NCBI GenBank assembly: GCA_000165425.1
Contig: CT867998.1
Location: 186,001 to 250,000, forward strand
Origin: Paramecium tetraurelia
Taxonomy: Eukaryota
Direction: 5' to 3'
DNA: 64,000 nucleotides
Positions 13,646-26,886 of the stretch are shown here, in pieces. The notes below the pieces were generated by a model. That model was not told the DNA's origin. It made no database searches and worked only from the letters and a program-made list of their open reading frames with translations. Made by a program: the position numbers and the translations under genes. Positions within the stretch are counted from its first letter, which is position 1; every line of letters begins with the position of its first letter.

Positions 13646-13966
13646 TAATATTAGAGTAAGAACACTTCATTTAGTTAAAAATTAGTTGCTAGAATTCTCT
13701 AATTCCAAAATAATATTAATTAATATATATATATATTATTTTATTCTTAAAATATAGAATTTTATAATAATATAAAATTTTTTAAATAATTAATGGGGTG
13801 TTTTTATTAAGAATTATAATCATTGTAAAAATAATTAACAACCTTTTTATTTCGCTTTGATTCTAAATATTTTTACATAAATACATTAATTTCAGTAATT
13901 TTGTAATAACCCTTTGAGATGAAAATATAATTTTTCAATCAAGAAATATATATGAATTAATAAATA

Positions 13967-15867
<1,901 letters not shown>

Positions 15868-16249
15868 AATAAAGAATAATTTTAATAAAAATCAACTTTC
15901 ATCTTGCTGATTTTTCGAGAGATCTTTCAAATAAAACATAATGACAAATTTAATATAAATTTATCTGTATAAGAATTCTGAAAGACTTTGGATAATTTGG
16001 TGACAGTGAGATTAATCAAAATATTGAAAAAATCACTGGTTGCAATTTAGAAAGTGATTTTTTCATCAAAAATTTTGGTAATATGAGAAACAGAGATTAA
16101 TGGTATAATAGTTGGAATAAATGAGAATGTAATATATGCGATTTGATTTTAATATTCATAATTTCCATGAAATAGCCAATTAAATTAATTTATAATTGTA
16201 AATTTGATATTTAGCAGAACACGATTTCAAAGGATAAATAAATAATAAA

Positions 16250-16568
16250 ATGGCAAAAGGAGGAAAGAGCAGAAGTTAAAGCAAATCAGGAAAAAGTAAA
16301 TTGATTGATAACTAAATTATTAGAGAGTGGATCAGCTACAAAAAAGATTAAGAAGTAAGTTCCAGCTGCTTCACCTGCAAAGGTTGATGTTGCAACCACT
16401 GCAGCACCAAAGACTCCAGTAGCATCTGCAAAGAAGGATTCTGCTAAAAAATCTACTCAAAAGAGTACATAAAAAAGCACTTAGAAATCAGTAAAGAAAA
16501 GTGCAGCCAAGAACTCAACTAAGAAGGGAAGTGCATAAAAAGGAAAAAGTGGAAAGAAAGCATAATGA
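16250..16568 (+). CDS. Small K/S/A-rich basic protein, histone H1-like (96 aa)
   Basis: One 28-nt intron (16296-16323); MAKGGKSRSQSKSGKKSGSATKKIKKQVPAASPAKVDVATTAAPKTPVASAKKDSAKKSTQKSTQKSTQKSVKKSAAKNSTKKGSAQKGKSGKKAQ*. Confidence 0.8.
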
Positions 16569-16603
16569 TTAATATAATATATATATTATAATATAATTAT
16601 AAA

Positions 16604-18027
16604 ATGTCTCTTAAAGATTTCAAGATTATATCAAAATTAGGTTTAGTTTACTAATATGATAGGTGAGGGAGCATACTCAATAGTGTACAAGGTAAAAAGA
16701 ATTGAAGACAATTCAGAGTATGCCTTAAAAAAAGTTAATCTTACAAATTTGAGTGATAAGGAGAAATAAAATGCCTTAAATGAAGTCAGAATATTGGCAT
16801 CCATCAAAAATCCATATATCATTAGCTACAAGGAAGCTTTCATTGATGTTAATAGTAATTCATTATGGTAATAAAATTTGATAATATTAAAACAGTATTG
16901 TAATGGAACTAGCAGATAACGGAGATCTCTTATAATCAATTTAGAAATGTGCCAAATCTAATACAACGATGAGTGAAAATGACATTTTGAAAATTACCTT
17001 TCAAATTGCAAGTGGTTTAAAAGCATTGCATGATTTGAAAATATTCCATAGAGACTTAAAAAGTGCAAATGTTTTTTTGTAATCCAACGGAGATGTGAAA
17101 TTGGGAGACATGAATGTTTCAAAAGTAGCCAAAAAGGGATTACTCTATACACAAACAGGAACACCATATTATGCAAGTCCTGAAGTATGGAAGGATCTGC
17201 CCTATGATCAGAAATCAGATATCTGGTCGTTGGGATGTGTCACATACGAAATGGCTGCACTCAAACCACCCTTTAGAGCTGAAGATATGGAAGGACTCTA
17301 CAAGAAAGTTATAAGAGGTATCATTCTAATATCATACCATTTAGGCCTATATCCAAAACTTCCATCATAATATTCGTAAGATTTGCAGAATGTCATAAGA
17401 ATGATGTTGTAGGTCCAAACCAATTTAAGACCGACATCATACGCTCTAACTGAACTCCCCTATTTCAATAGATTTAAAACACACATCATAGATGATCAAA
17501 GCAAATTGCTCAATACCATCATATTCCCAAAGAACCAAATTTCTATAGCAAATATGTTGCCTAAAGCCAATTACAACAATCATAAATTCAAAACTGAGGC
17601 CAATCAACATAGTGACACACAGGAAACTATTCAAAGACATAGACAAACAACTCTTGGAGCTGGTTCGCATCAATCTTCACCAAATCCTACTAGAATTTCG
17701 CAATATCTGGCAGAGTAAGAAATGCTATTAAGTATTTATATATTAATTAAAGAATAATAGTATTCAGTAAATTATGCTACAAAAAATAAGAAAACACATA
17801 ACTATTCTGATAGGAATGTGATTGCCAAGATCCTACTTGAGTATTAGAAGGAAGTGCCCATTTATAAACAAATAAAATAACGAAATCGAAGACTCTCGTA
17901 GGAGGAAACTCCGTATCTATATCAGAGGAGAATTAGTCAGCTTCCTGCTTTAGAGGAACATTCTCCAAATCAGAAACGACATCCTCGGAATTAGAGTATG
18001 CCAACTTCCAATTTACCTATAATCTGA
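16604..18027 (+). CDS. NIMA-related kinase (Nek)
   Basis: LGEGAYSIVYKV, ALNEVRILAS, HRDLKSANVFL, KLGDMNVSKV, QTGTPYYASPEVW; micro-introns. Confidence 0.95.
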
Positions 18028-18160
18028 CGATGGATATATATATTAATTCTGCTAAATTATCCCAATTTACTTATTGTAATCGTGAGTTCTGTGTTTAATG
18101 ACATTAATTTAAATATTAATAAGTGTTCTGATTAATATTTTTTTTAACGATCTTAAATTT

Positions 18161-18939
18161 ATGTAAGAGTTGGATTTCTTGAGGATTCAGAGGGAAAGTC
18201 AGAAGTTTTTGGAGATCGATAATATCTTCAACAGATTGGCGTCTAGTTTTGTGGAAAAAATATTTGCTCTATTCAAAGAGATTTTCCAATAAGAACACAC
18301 ATACACGATCTAAGTGAGTTAAACTTAACATTCTAGGAATTGTTGAAATTGGCAATCTAAAAGGAGATTCCCTTGAAAGATTTTAAGTTGGCAGAACATT
18401 ACAAATTGAATTCAAGCATTTTTAAGGCAAATTTACAAATGATTGTAAATGTAGTAATTGATGACATTTGGAGTTCTTACAATAAATAAATCGTACTTGA
18501 TGAAAAGAGCATTGCAGAACCTAGACAGCTCACTCAAATCGATGAAGAATCAGCTGTCGATTAATGCCAAAGTTTGAGTGAAACCTCTTTGATAAAAGAC
18601 AAAAAGGAAGTAGAAATTCAAAAATAAGTTTAATCTGCTCGATCTCCACTCGCCAAATTGTTGGCTGGAGACAAATCTCATTAATTCATATCTATTGGCA
18701 GTTCTCCTCGACATTCTCGTGAGAATAGTTAAAATCTGCCCATCAAACAGCAAAAATAGGTTATTCAGAATTCCAAAAAGAAAAATTCATCGTTAATCAA
18801 GAATAAAAGCATGGATCTCAAAAATCTAGTGGCTGAAGGCATTCTATAACCGAAATCAACAAATCGATAGTAGTTAAGTTTAAGTAATTTGCATCTGTTG
18901 ATGCAGAAGATGCAGGGATAAAAAGAGAATTTAAAATGA
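18161..18939 (+). CDS. Hypothetical protein (251 aa)
   Basis: MQELDFLRIQRESQKFLEIDNIF..., one 23-nt intron, ends LSLSNLHLLMQKMQGQKENLK*. Confidence 0.7.
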
Positions 18940-18986
18940 TTTATAATTCATTAATACTAAATAAATATTTTTACACAAAAATAATA

Positions 18987-19971
18987 ATGGATCAAGATTT
19001 GAATGAGAATTTAATTAAGTTGAGCGAACTTATGAGGTTATAGAATGTCAAAAAACCTATTTATAATCCATCGAAATATTCAAATTTGCATCTCATGTTG
19101 GCAAGATCAGTTAGCATTAGCACTGAATCATCCTCCAGAATGATTTAAATCAAATCGAATTTGAATACATAAAATACTAGCAAAGCTCAATTGAATCAAT
19201 AATAAAAGTATATCCTTATTTTATTATGATGTCCAGATATTTTGTCAGTAGAAGAATGTCATTGGCGAAATAATTAAAAACTTGTGATTCCTATTTATAA
19301 AAACGCAAAATCGAGACTCAATTCACTAAAACTGATAATCTGTGTGGATTAAAAAAGGTATTCGAAATCGGAAAGAAGGTTCTCTGATTATAATATTGAT
19401 CATAAATATATTAATTTGTCATAAAGTCCTCACTATGGACCTGATAGTCCTGCCTTGCACCTTATAAAAGAGAACTCCCAAAAGAATGAATACCTCAAAC
19501 CAAGAATCCTTTCGTTTCGGCAGAACCACACCTACTAAATTTAGAAATCCCAATTTCTCAACAACTTCTCCGAAAACCAGGTATCACTCCCAAGCAGATA
19601 GAAAATACGAAATCAAACCCAGAGAATGCGATATATTTGAAAATGACTACATAACCAAGACAATCTAATTTAATGCATTGTAAAATGAGAATTACCAACA
19701 ATCATTCCTCATAAAGGATAAAAAAGTGTTGAAGAAGAAAAATGGATTAATCGTATTTAAACCCATTCCCAAAGAGACTCAATTAAAGTCAATCTTCTAA
19801 AGTCCAGAAATATACCCTATCATCAACAAGGCCAGGAGGAGAGAGCTGAAATTAAAGAGAATTATGGACAATGAATTTATGAAGTCCAGTTTGGAGAAGG
19901 AAAAAGAATTTAGTGATAGAAATTGTCGGAACATCCTTAAGGATTTGGGCCATGACTTCTATTTTTAATGA
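18987..19971 (+). CDS. Hypothetical protein
   Basis: MDQDLNENLIKLSELMRLQNVKKP...; code-6 frame with micro-introns, ends ILKDLGHDFYFQ*. Confidence 0.65.
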
Positions 19972-20157
19972 GTTTTTCAAATTAATTACTTATTATGTAT
20001 GATTACAGAGATATGAAATATATATATATATTATTAATTGAAAATCTTGATCGGACATGTAAGATGTAAATTATGATATTATCATAAATAGAAAAAAGAA
20101 CAAAGCAGATTTGAAAATTTTCTAATTCAATTTAAAACTTTAGTGGAATCATTTTAA

Positions 20158-20636
20158 ATGACAACCCCAGAACCAGAGGAATATCCAAAACCATAAATCG
20201 CAAAGCAAAAAAAACAAAAAAAACAAAAAGATCCATTAGCACCAAAGATGCCAAAATCAGCCTTCATCTTTTATTTTTAGGATAAGAGAGAGAAATTTCA
20301 ATAACAATATCCAAGTCTTTTTTCATGCTATGCTAGATCTACAATTTCAAGAAATCACCAAATTAATTGCAAGTGAATGGAAAGATTTACCAAAAGAAAT
20401 TTAGTAGGTACTCAAAACCATGTTATAATGCCTAGTCATATCACGATTAAGCCTTTAAAGACAGAAGTCGTTATTCCTAAGAAAGCGAACTCTATTGCAC
20501 TTAAACAGGCAAAAAATTCAAAGGCAAGAATCAGACAAAAACTAATAAATCAAATGCAAAACAAGAATAACTCTAATAAAAAGTAGATTAAGATGATGAA
20601 AACGATTCATTTGGTGCAGATATAGGTTAAGAATGA
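20158..20636 (+). CDS. Single HMG-box protein (NHP6/HMGB-like)
   Basis: KKQKDPLAPKMPKSAFIFYFQDKREKF..NLQFQEITKLIASEWKDL..YHDQAFKDRSRY, acidic tail; 2 introns. Confidence 0.92.
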
Positions 20637-21035
20637 TATCTATAAAAAAACACACCTGATATAATTAATGGTCAAAATAATTATACATTTTTTATCTTCA
20701 CCTTATTTCCATAAAATATAATAAATTCTTCATTTAAATCTATTTAACTTTATTTAGATTTCCAGAATTACTGTATTTTTATCCTCCTTTTTTTAATTAC
20801 AGACTACAATAAAATACTTTCTGTATCTTTGAGCTATTAATATACTGATTTTTATAGGTATCAACTCAAAATGTGGTTTTTTTATGCTATAATATCTTGT
20901 TTGCTATTAACATTTGAGAGTGGAGATACTATGTGTTTGTTTTACTGAATAATTTGATAGATTTCTGATATGATTTTGTATTTAATAATATTTTGAATTA
21001 AGTACATAATCACTATTTAATTAACATAATTAAAA

Positions 21036-21566
21036 ATGCAAAATAATTAAACCGATGAGTTTTACCTCAGATATTAGTAAAATTTAAGTTGTATTGATAG
21101 TGTTGGACATAAGGGTGTGTATGGGCATGAATTCCTGGAGTTTGAATTCAGAAGTGATGGAAGATTACGTTATGCAAATAATTCTAACTATAAATCAGAT
21201 GTTTTAATCAGAAAGGAGTGTTATGTTTCTGAGTCAGTGATTTCAGAGTTCAAAAGAATAATTGAAGAATCAGAAATAATAAAGTACTGATTAAATATTA
21301 TTTGAAAAGAGAAAACGATTCAAAATGGCCAGCTCCAGATAAAATCGGAAGATAGGAATTGGAAATTAAATTAGGAAATGCACACATTTCATTTACTACA
21401 TCAAAACTCGGATCAATACATGATGTATAAAGCAGTTAAGACCCAGATGGCTTAAGAGTTTTCTTTTACTTGATCCAGGATTTGAAATGCTTTGTGTTTT
21501 CATTAATAGGACTTCATTTTAGAGTATGCATCTCTTCAATTATAATAGATTAAACCTGTGAATTGA
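21036..21566 (+). CDS. MAGO: Mago nashi (exon junction complex)
   Basis: [38 protein letters not shown]...[23 protein letters not shown]; 3 introns. Confidence 0.97.
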
Positions 21567-21704
21567 ATAATTGTTATATGTTAATTATATTTATAGAGGT
21601 TTATTATTTCAAATATAACTGTCGTAGATGCATAGTCTCTCTGTTGATTATTACAGAATAATAAATAAATAACTATTTATAAATTAGTTTCCATATCAAT
21701 CTGA

Positions 21705-23222
21705 TCACACCTTAACGAGTCCGAATAGGCTGCTATGCATAGGTAATTTACAGACTCTGCTCTTTTCTTCTTCTTTCCTATCCTAGATGGGAATATATTC
21801 TCTCTGATCCTCCCCAACATACAATTGTCTTGGTCTACTAATTCTCTGCACCTTCTCCGACATCATCTCCATCCACTAACAAATCCAACCAATACTCCTT
21901 TACACAGCAAACATGACAGTAAACATGGAAGTGGGAATGCTCAAAGCCTCATACACAATCCCAGTATAGAAATCCACATTTGGATACAATTTCCTTTGGA
22001 TGAAATAATCATCTTTCAAAGCAGCTTATTCCAATAAAATGGCCAACTATGACTTTGATGTAAGAGTACCTCTAAAATATCATTTGCTCTTTAAGTTTTT
22101 TCTAAAACACTGTAACACATTTCCTACATCACTTTTGCTCTTGGATCATAATTCTTATAAACTCTATGTCCGAATCCCATCAATCTAAAACAGTTGTCTT
22201 TAGATTTTGCCTTTTGAAGATATTTTGGTATATTTTCCTTGTTTCCTATTTCCTTCAACATATTTAACACTGCCTCATTAGCACCTCCATGATATGGTCC
22301 CCACAAAGCTGTAATTCCAGCAGCAATACATGCAAAAGGATTTGCCAAAGAAGATCCAGCTATTCTGACAGTGGAAGTGGATGCATTTTATTCATGATCA
22401 GCATGCAACATAAAAATAGTATCTAAAGCTTTAACAATCACTTTGTCAACATTAAAATCATTCATAGGAGTTGAGAACATCTTGCTATTTATTGTTTATA
22501 GTTACCATATATAAGAAATTCTCAATGAAGGAGTACTTTTTGTTTGGATAGATGATTGGCAATCCCAAAGCTGTTCTATATGCATATGCTGCCAATGTAG
22601 GCATCTTTGCTACTAATTTGATGGCTATCTATTCTCTATCCCTTGGATCATTGACATCAAAATCTTTGTGCATAAAAGCACTCAAAGCACCAACTACACC
22701 TACCATAATTGCCATCGGATGACTATCAGTTGCAAACCCCTTATAAAATTCTATCAGTTTCTCATTTATCATCATCTCACTCACCATAGTCTCTTCAAAT
22801 AATGATAATTCCTTTTAAGATGGAAGATGTCCATAAATGAATAAATAACACACTTCTATATATGAAGAGTATTTCGCCAAAGTCTCTATCGGATAACCCC
22901 TATATAACAACTCTCCCTTATCTCCATCTATGTAGGTCATGGTTGAAATGCATCTAAATTATTTATTATTAATTTTATACGCCCCAGTGGATGAGAATCC
23001 AGGATCCAATGTAAAATATCCGGTTTTCGATTATAGCTAAGTGATATCAATCATTGGAGGACCTTTAGTCCCCTTGTATACTGGTAGTTGAATTGTTTTT
23101 CCATTCGGTAAAGTGAGAGTTGCAATGTCTGATGGAAGTGGACTAATCGGTACAGTTTTTTCCATCTTTGATTTTTGAGACTCTATGGTTTCTTGGTGCC
23201 ATTTATTGGGAGACTGCGACAT
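21705..23222 (-). CDS. Citrate synthase, bacterial type II (GltA-like)
   Basis: [90 protein letters not shown]; 3 introns. Confidence 0.95.
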
Positions 23223-23350
23223 TTGAATATAAGATGATAACTTAAATATTTAATTTGAATACGCATTAATTTTTTCTTATATTTAATTTAGTATGTTATA
23301 AAATGTGTTATTCATTTCATATGCCACTGCTATTTAATTATCAAAATTAA

Positions 23351-23812
23351 TCATTTTTATCTATATTTCTTTCTTTCCTCAGCAATGTCCTCCCAATGAT
23401 TCCAAGCCTTCATTCCATACATAGCAATGTCATCTCTCGCTCCACATGTCACATAATTCCCCTCCTGATCGAAAATGCATAAATGTGGTATTGTTTAAGG
23501 TCTGCAAATTCTTGTCAATTAACTTATGGCCATCTTCTCAGTCCATGGAATAGCCAACCAAGGCATTTTTTGATAATATTTAATGAAGTCTCTCTCATTC
23601 TCATCATGAGTCACCAAGACTATCTCAAATGTCTTTGACTTTCTAATTTCATCATAGAAATTCGTTAGCATCCCTGTAAATTGCCTACAAGGAGGACACC
23701 AACTTGCAGAAAAGTACAACCCCCAAAATTAATACTTTGAAAAATCAGGCTTTGTTTTGATTTCATTCCCTTCCTGCAAAGTTTCAGATAAAAATTAAGA
23801 GAAATTTTTCAT
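23351..23812 (-). CDS. Nucleoredoxin/tryparedoxin-like thioredoxin (153 aa)
   Basis: GLYFSASWCPPCRQFT, FEIVLV, YYQKMPWLAIP; intronless 462 nt. Confidence 0.93.
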
Positions 23813-24394
23813 TAAATTATGACTTCAATTATAATTAATTTTATTCATAATTTCTATTTAATTATCATTCTTAAAATGCAATTCAATGATGTTAAAAACA
23901 AATAATTGAGAATATAAAATCATTGATATAAGTATTCGGTCATTAAAATTGTAGTATGATTGCTTAAATAATTTAGTCTTTTAATACGCTATTGTACAAA
24001 AATTAAAGATTAATTAGAGAGCAGTATAGATATTGAAACAAAATACACAAAATATCTTAATAAGTAGTTTTGGTAAACTATGATTTTCAAACTAGAAAGA
24101 AGAAAAAAAATAGTTGTTGTATTGATTTTCCTTATCTTTAAAAATAAAGTAGTTCATCCAAATCAACCACAATTTTCATTTATGATGATTAATTTTATCA
24201 TATATATTTAGACAAAAATCAAGAGAATCAATTATTTTTTAATTTAAAATTAATCTAATAAAATCATAATTTAATCACATTTTACAATTGGTTTCCAAAG
24301 TTAAACCAATTTTATAAATTAACTGAAATGTTTAATAAGATATATTAGATGATTTTAAAGATTATTAAAAATGGATTTATTTTTATTTAATCAA

Positions 24395-25440
24395 TCATTT
24401 TTGTAGATATTATTTTATTTATTATATTGCCTCATAATCTTATGGGACATTTTCACTATTTGTAAATTTGAATCTCGAGTTTCTATTGCCCTCTCCATCC
24501 ACTATGATATAAACAAATAGAAATACTTTTGAGAATGACCGCTTCAACTCTTTTTTCAATGTCGATGGACTTTTACTAAATGGGTTATGGGAATTCTTAT
24601 TATTATTATGTTTCTTTTATTTCTTCCCATTACACATTTATTTATTGTTATTATTGTTAAATGGGTTCAACGACTCTTTCTTTTAACATATTATCTAAAA
24701 TATTTTATGTGGTTGGGAACACTGATTTTTGTAGGGCATTTTTGTAATTGATTTTAGTGTAAAACTTTTTGAAGTTGGCTTGAGCTAGTTTTTATGAATA
24801 TGAAAATAACCACTTTGAGTTATTCATTTCTTCCTAAATATAATTAGATGTACATACTTTTTTTAACACTTGTGTGGAGTCTTTGTCTTTGGGGTGTTGA
24901 TGCAAGTATACACAATCCTTGATCTTACATTGCTGACCCTTTAAGAAGTTTGTGCAATATTTGGTGGTTCCGAAGGAAGCCTTTACTTGTCTGTCGTGTA
25001 AGGGAAATTTTTCACATGCCAAAACAAATAAATATTAATTATATTTACTAAGATTGCTAAAGATGCTTCTTATTCATTTCGATAAGTAATATAAGCAGCA
25101 TGAGAGGGGGGATTGAAGGTGTTGCTTTGGATCACAATTAATTTTTAGATTTATCCGTATTGACCGAAATATTCCAGCTTTTTCAATTGCTCAAATAAAA
25201 ATATGATCTTACATCTTCTTTGGCAATGTTGGGTGCTAAACCAATCACATAGATCAAATTCTTGCAAATGATTCTGATTTCAGCTAATAATGATTTGTTT
25301 TGTAGATTGATTTCTTTGAAAGAATATAGTGTTTTTGGTTTAGGTGAATCACAACTGTCCCAATCCTCTTGGTCCGAACATTCACAGTCACTCAAATTGC
25401 AATATTGGCAAATCTCCGATTAATTGGTTTAATTTTTCAT
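24395..25440 (-). CDS. NOT4: NOT4/CNOT4-like RRM + CCCH protein
   Basis: IRIICKNLIYVIGL, EYFGQYGQI, AYITY, KASFGTTKYCTNFLKGQQCKIKDCVYLH, C-terminal SRFKF; one intron lacks a canonical AG. Confidence 0.85.
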
Positions 25441-26002
25441 TCTTTAATTTATATTACAAACATAAACTTTAGAGATCATACATTTTCTTTAATAATATTG
25501 TTAATATTTATTTATATTTTTAATACACCCACAAACACTAATTAATAATACACAAGCAATAATAACATTACTTTAGGGCAATTTTTTAAAGGATTTTAAT
25601 TAATACTCGCATTTGAAAATTTATTTAGAGTATACCTACTAAATATACTTGAAATATTATTAAAATCAATAAATTACTGTGTCTAAAGAGTGAAAGCAAT
25701 ATTTAGACTCTGTATATAAATAATATATACAATAATAGTAAGATAGCAAATTTTATATTTTTTTACATAATGATGGTACCATATTTCAGAGTTTTTTGAT
25801 CCCTATTATCAAGGAGATCATAAAATTAAGAAGATATGGAGTAAGAAGGAGTGTTTAAATTGAAATATGGATGGAGGTTGATTTTTGTATGTGCATCTAG
25901 AATTAATGAATAAAAATGGAATTTTTTATAATGCAAATTAGAAATTGATGGGTTTTGGAATGTACTATATTTATGAAATAAACCTGTGAAATATTTGAGC
26001 TT

Positions 26003-26076
26003 AGGCAAATGGCGTAGATGGTTATCGCGCTGCATTTACACTGCAGAGGTCCCGAGATCGATACTCGGTTTGCCTA
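26003..26076 (+). tRNA. trnV-UAC: tRNA-Val, anticodon TAC
   Basis: Acceptor AGGCAAA/TTTGCCT+A, D arm with GG, anticodon stem CTGCA/TGCAG with loop TTTACAC, T stem CCGAG/CTCGG. Confidence 0.92.
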
Positions 26077-26078
26077 TA

Positions 26079-26088
26079 TTTTTTTTTT
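26079..26088 (+). terminator. RNA polymerase III terminator (T run) of the tRNA gene
   Basis: Run of ~10 T directly after the discriminator base. Confidence 0.8.
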
Positions 26089-26104
26089 AATATTAATAAT
26101 ATTA

Positions 26105-26879
26105 ATGTATTCAGATAATAACAATGCTCATTCAGAGATTAGAATCAGATAACTGTTATACTTCAAATAGCCACCTCAGAGTACTTTTGAATCCAATATT
26201 TTTTAGCTACCTTGCCCACCAATAGAAGTACTATGAAACTTCAGACTCTCGAACATAAATTGGGAAGGACTAATAAAAATTTTACGGGCTATTCAAAAAG
26301 TTAAAGTGAAACTAGGCCTTTTTTTGAAAATTTCATGGAAAAAACTGATCAAATAACATCTTTTGGATTCAAGTATCCTTTTAATGTTGACGAATTTTAA
26401 AACACCAATGCATAAATTCATTTTTTAGAAGTGTTCACACATTCATAGCAATTAATATAAGTAAGGATTTGTCAAGATTATAATAGAATTATATTTCAGA
26501 TAGCAAGCGTACTTTGGCTCAATTGAAGGAGCAATCGAAGCAAATTAAAGATGAGATGGAGCAGATGAAAGAGAAAACGGAGTAGAAAATTTAATAACTA
26601 GAGGATCAGTTCAATGAGGCAGTTCAGGTTAAGCAAAGGCAGTTGAAGGAGGACTATGTGGCTTACTCAACGGAGTCATATCGGTTGAATAAGGAAATTA
26701 GCAAATTGACTAAGGATAAACTACATATGGAAGAATAGTCTATTCATTTGCTATAGAAAATAATCAAATTGGAGAAGCAGATGCAAGGAGTGGAAATGGA
26801 GTTAATGTGTGAAAATGAATAGGAATTATAATCGTAATTAAGAGGCACATTTCATAACACGAAAAGCATAACACACTGA
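26105..26879 (+). CDS. Coiled-coil protein
   Basis: MYSDNNNAHSEIRIRQLLYF..., 2 introns, heptad-like C-terminus RLNKEISKLTKDKLHMEEQSIHLLQKIIKLEKQMQG. Confidence 0.75.
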
Positions 26880-26886
26880 TTATTAA

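Noticed and set aside
16250..21566. H1-like, HMG-box and mago genes as a functional nuclear cluster
   Set aside because: Interspersed with unrelated genes; proximity is expected at this gene density
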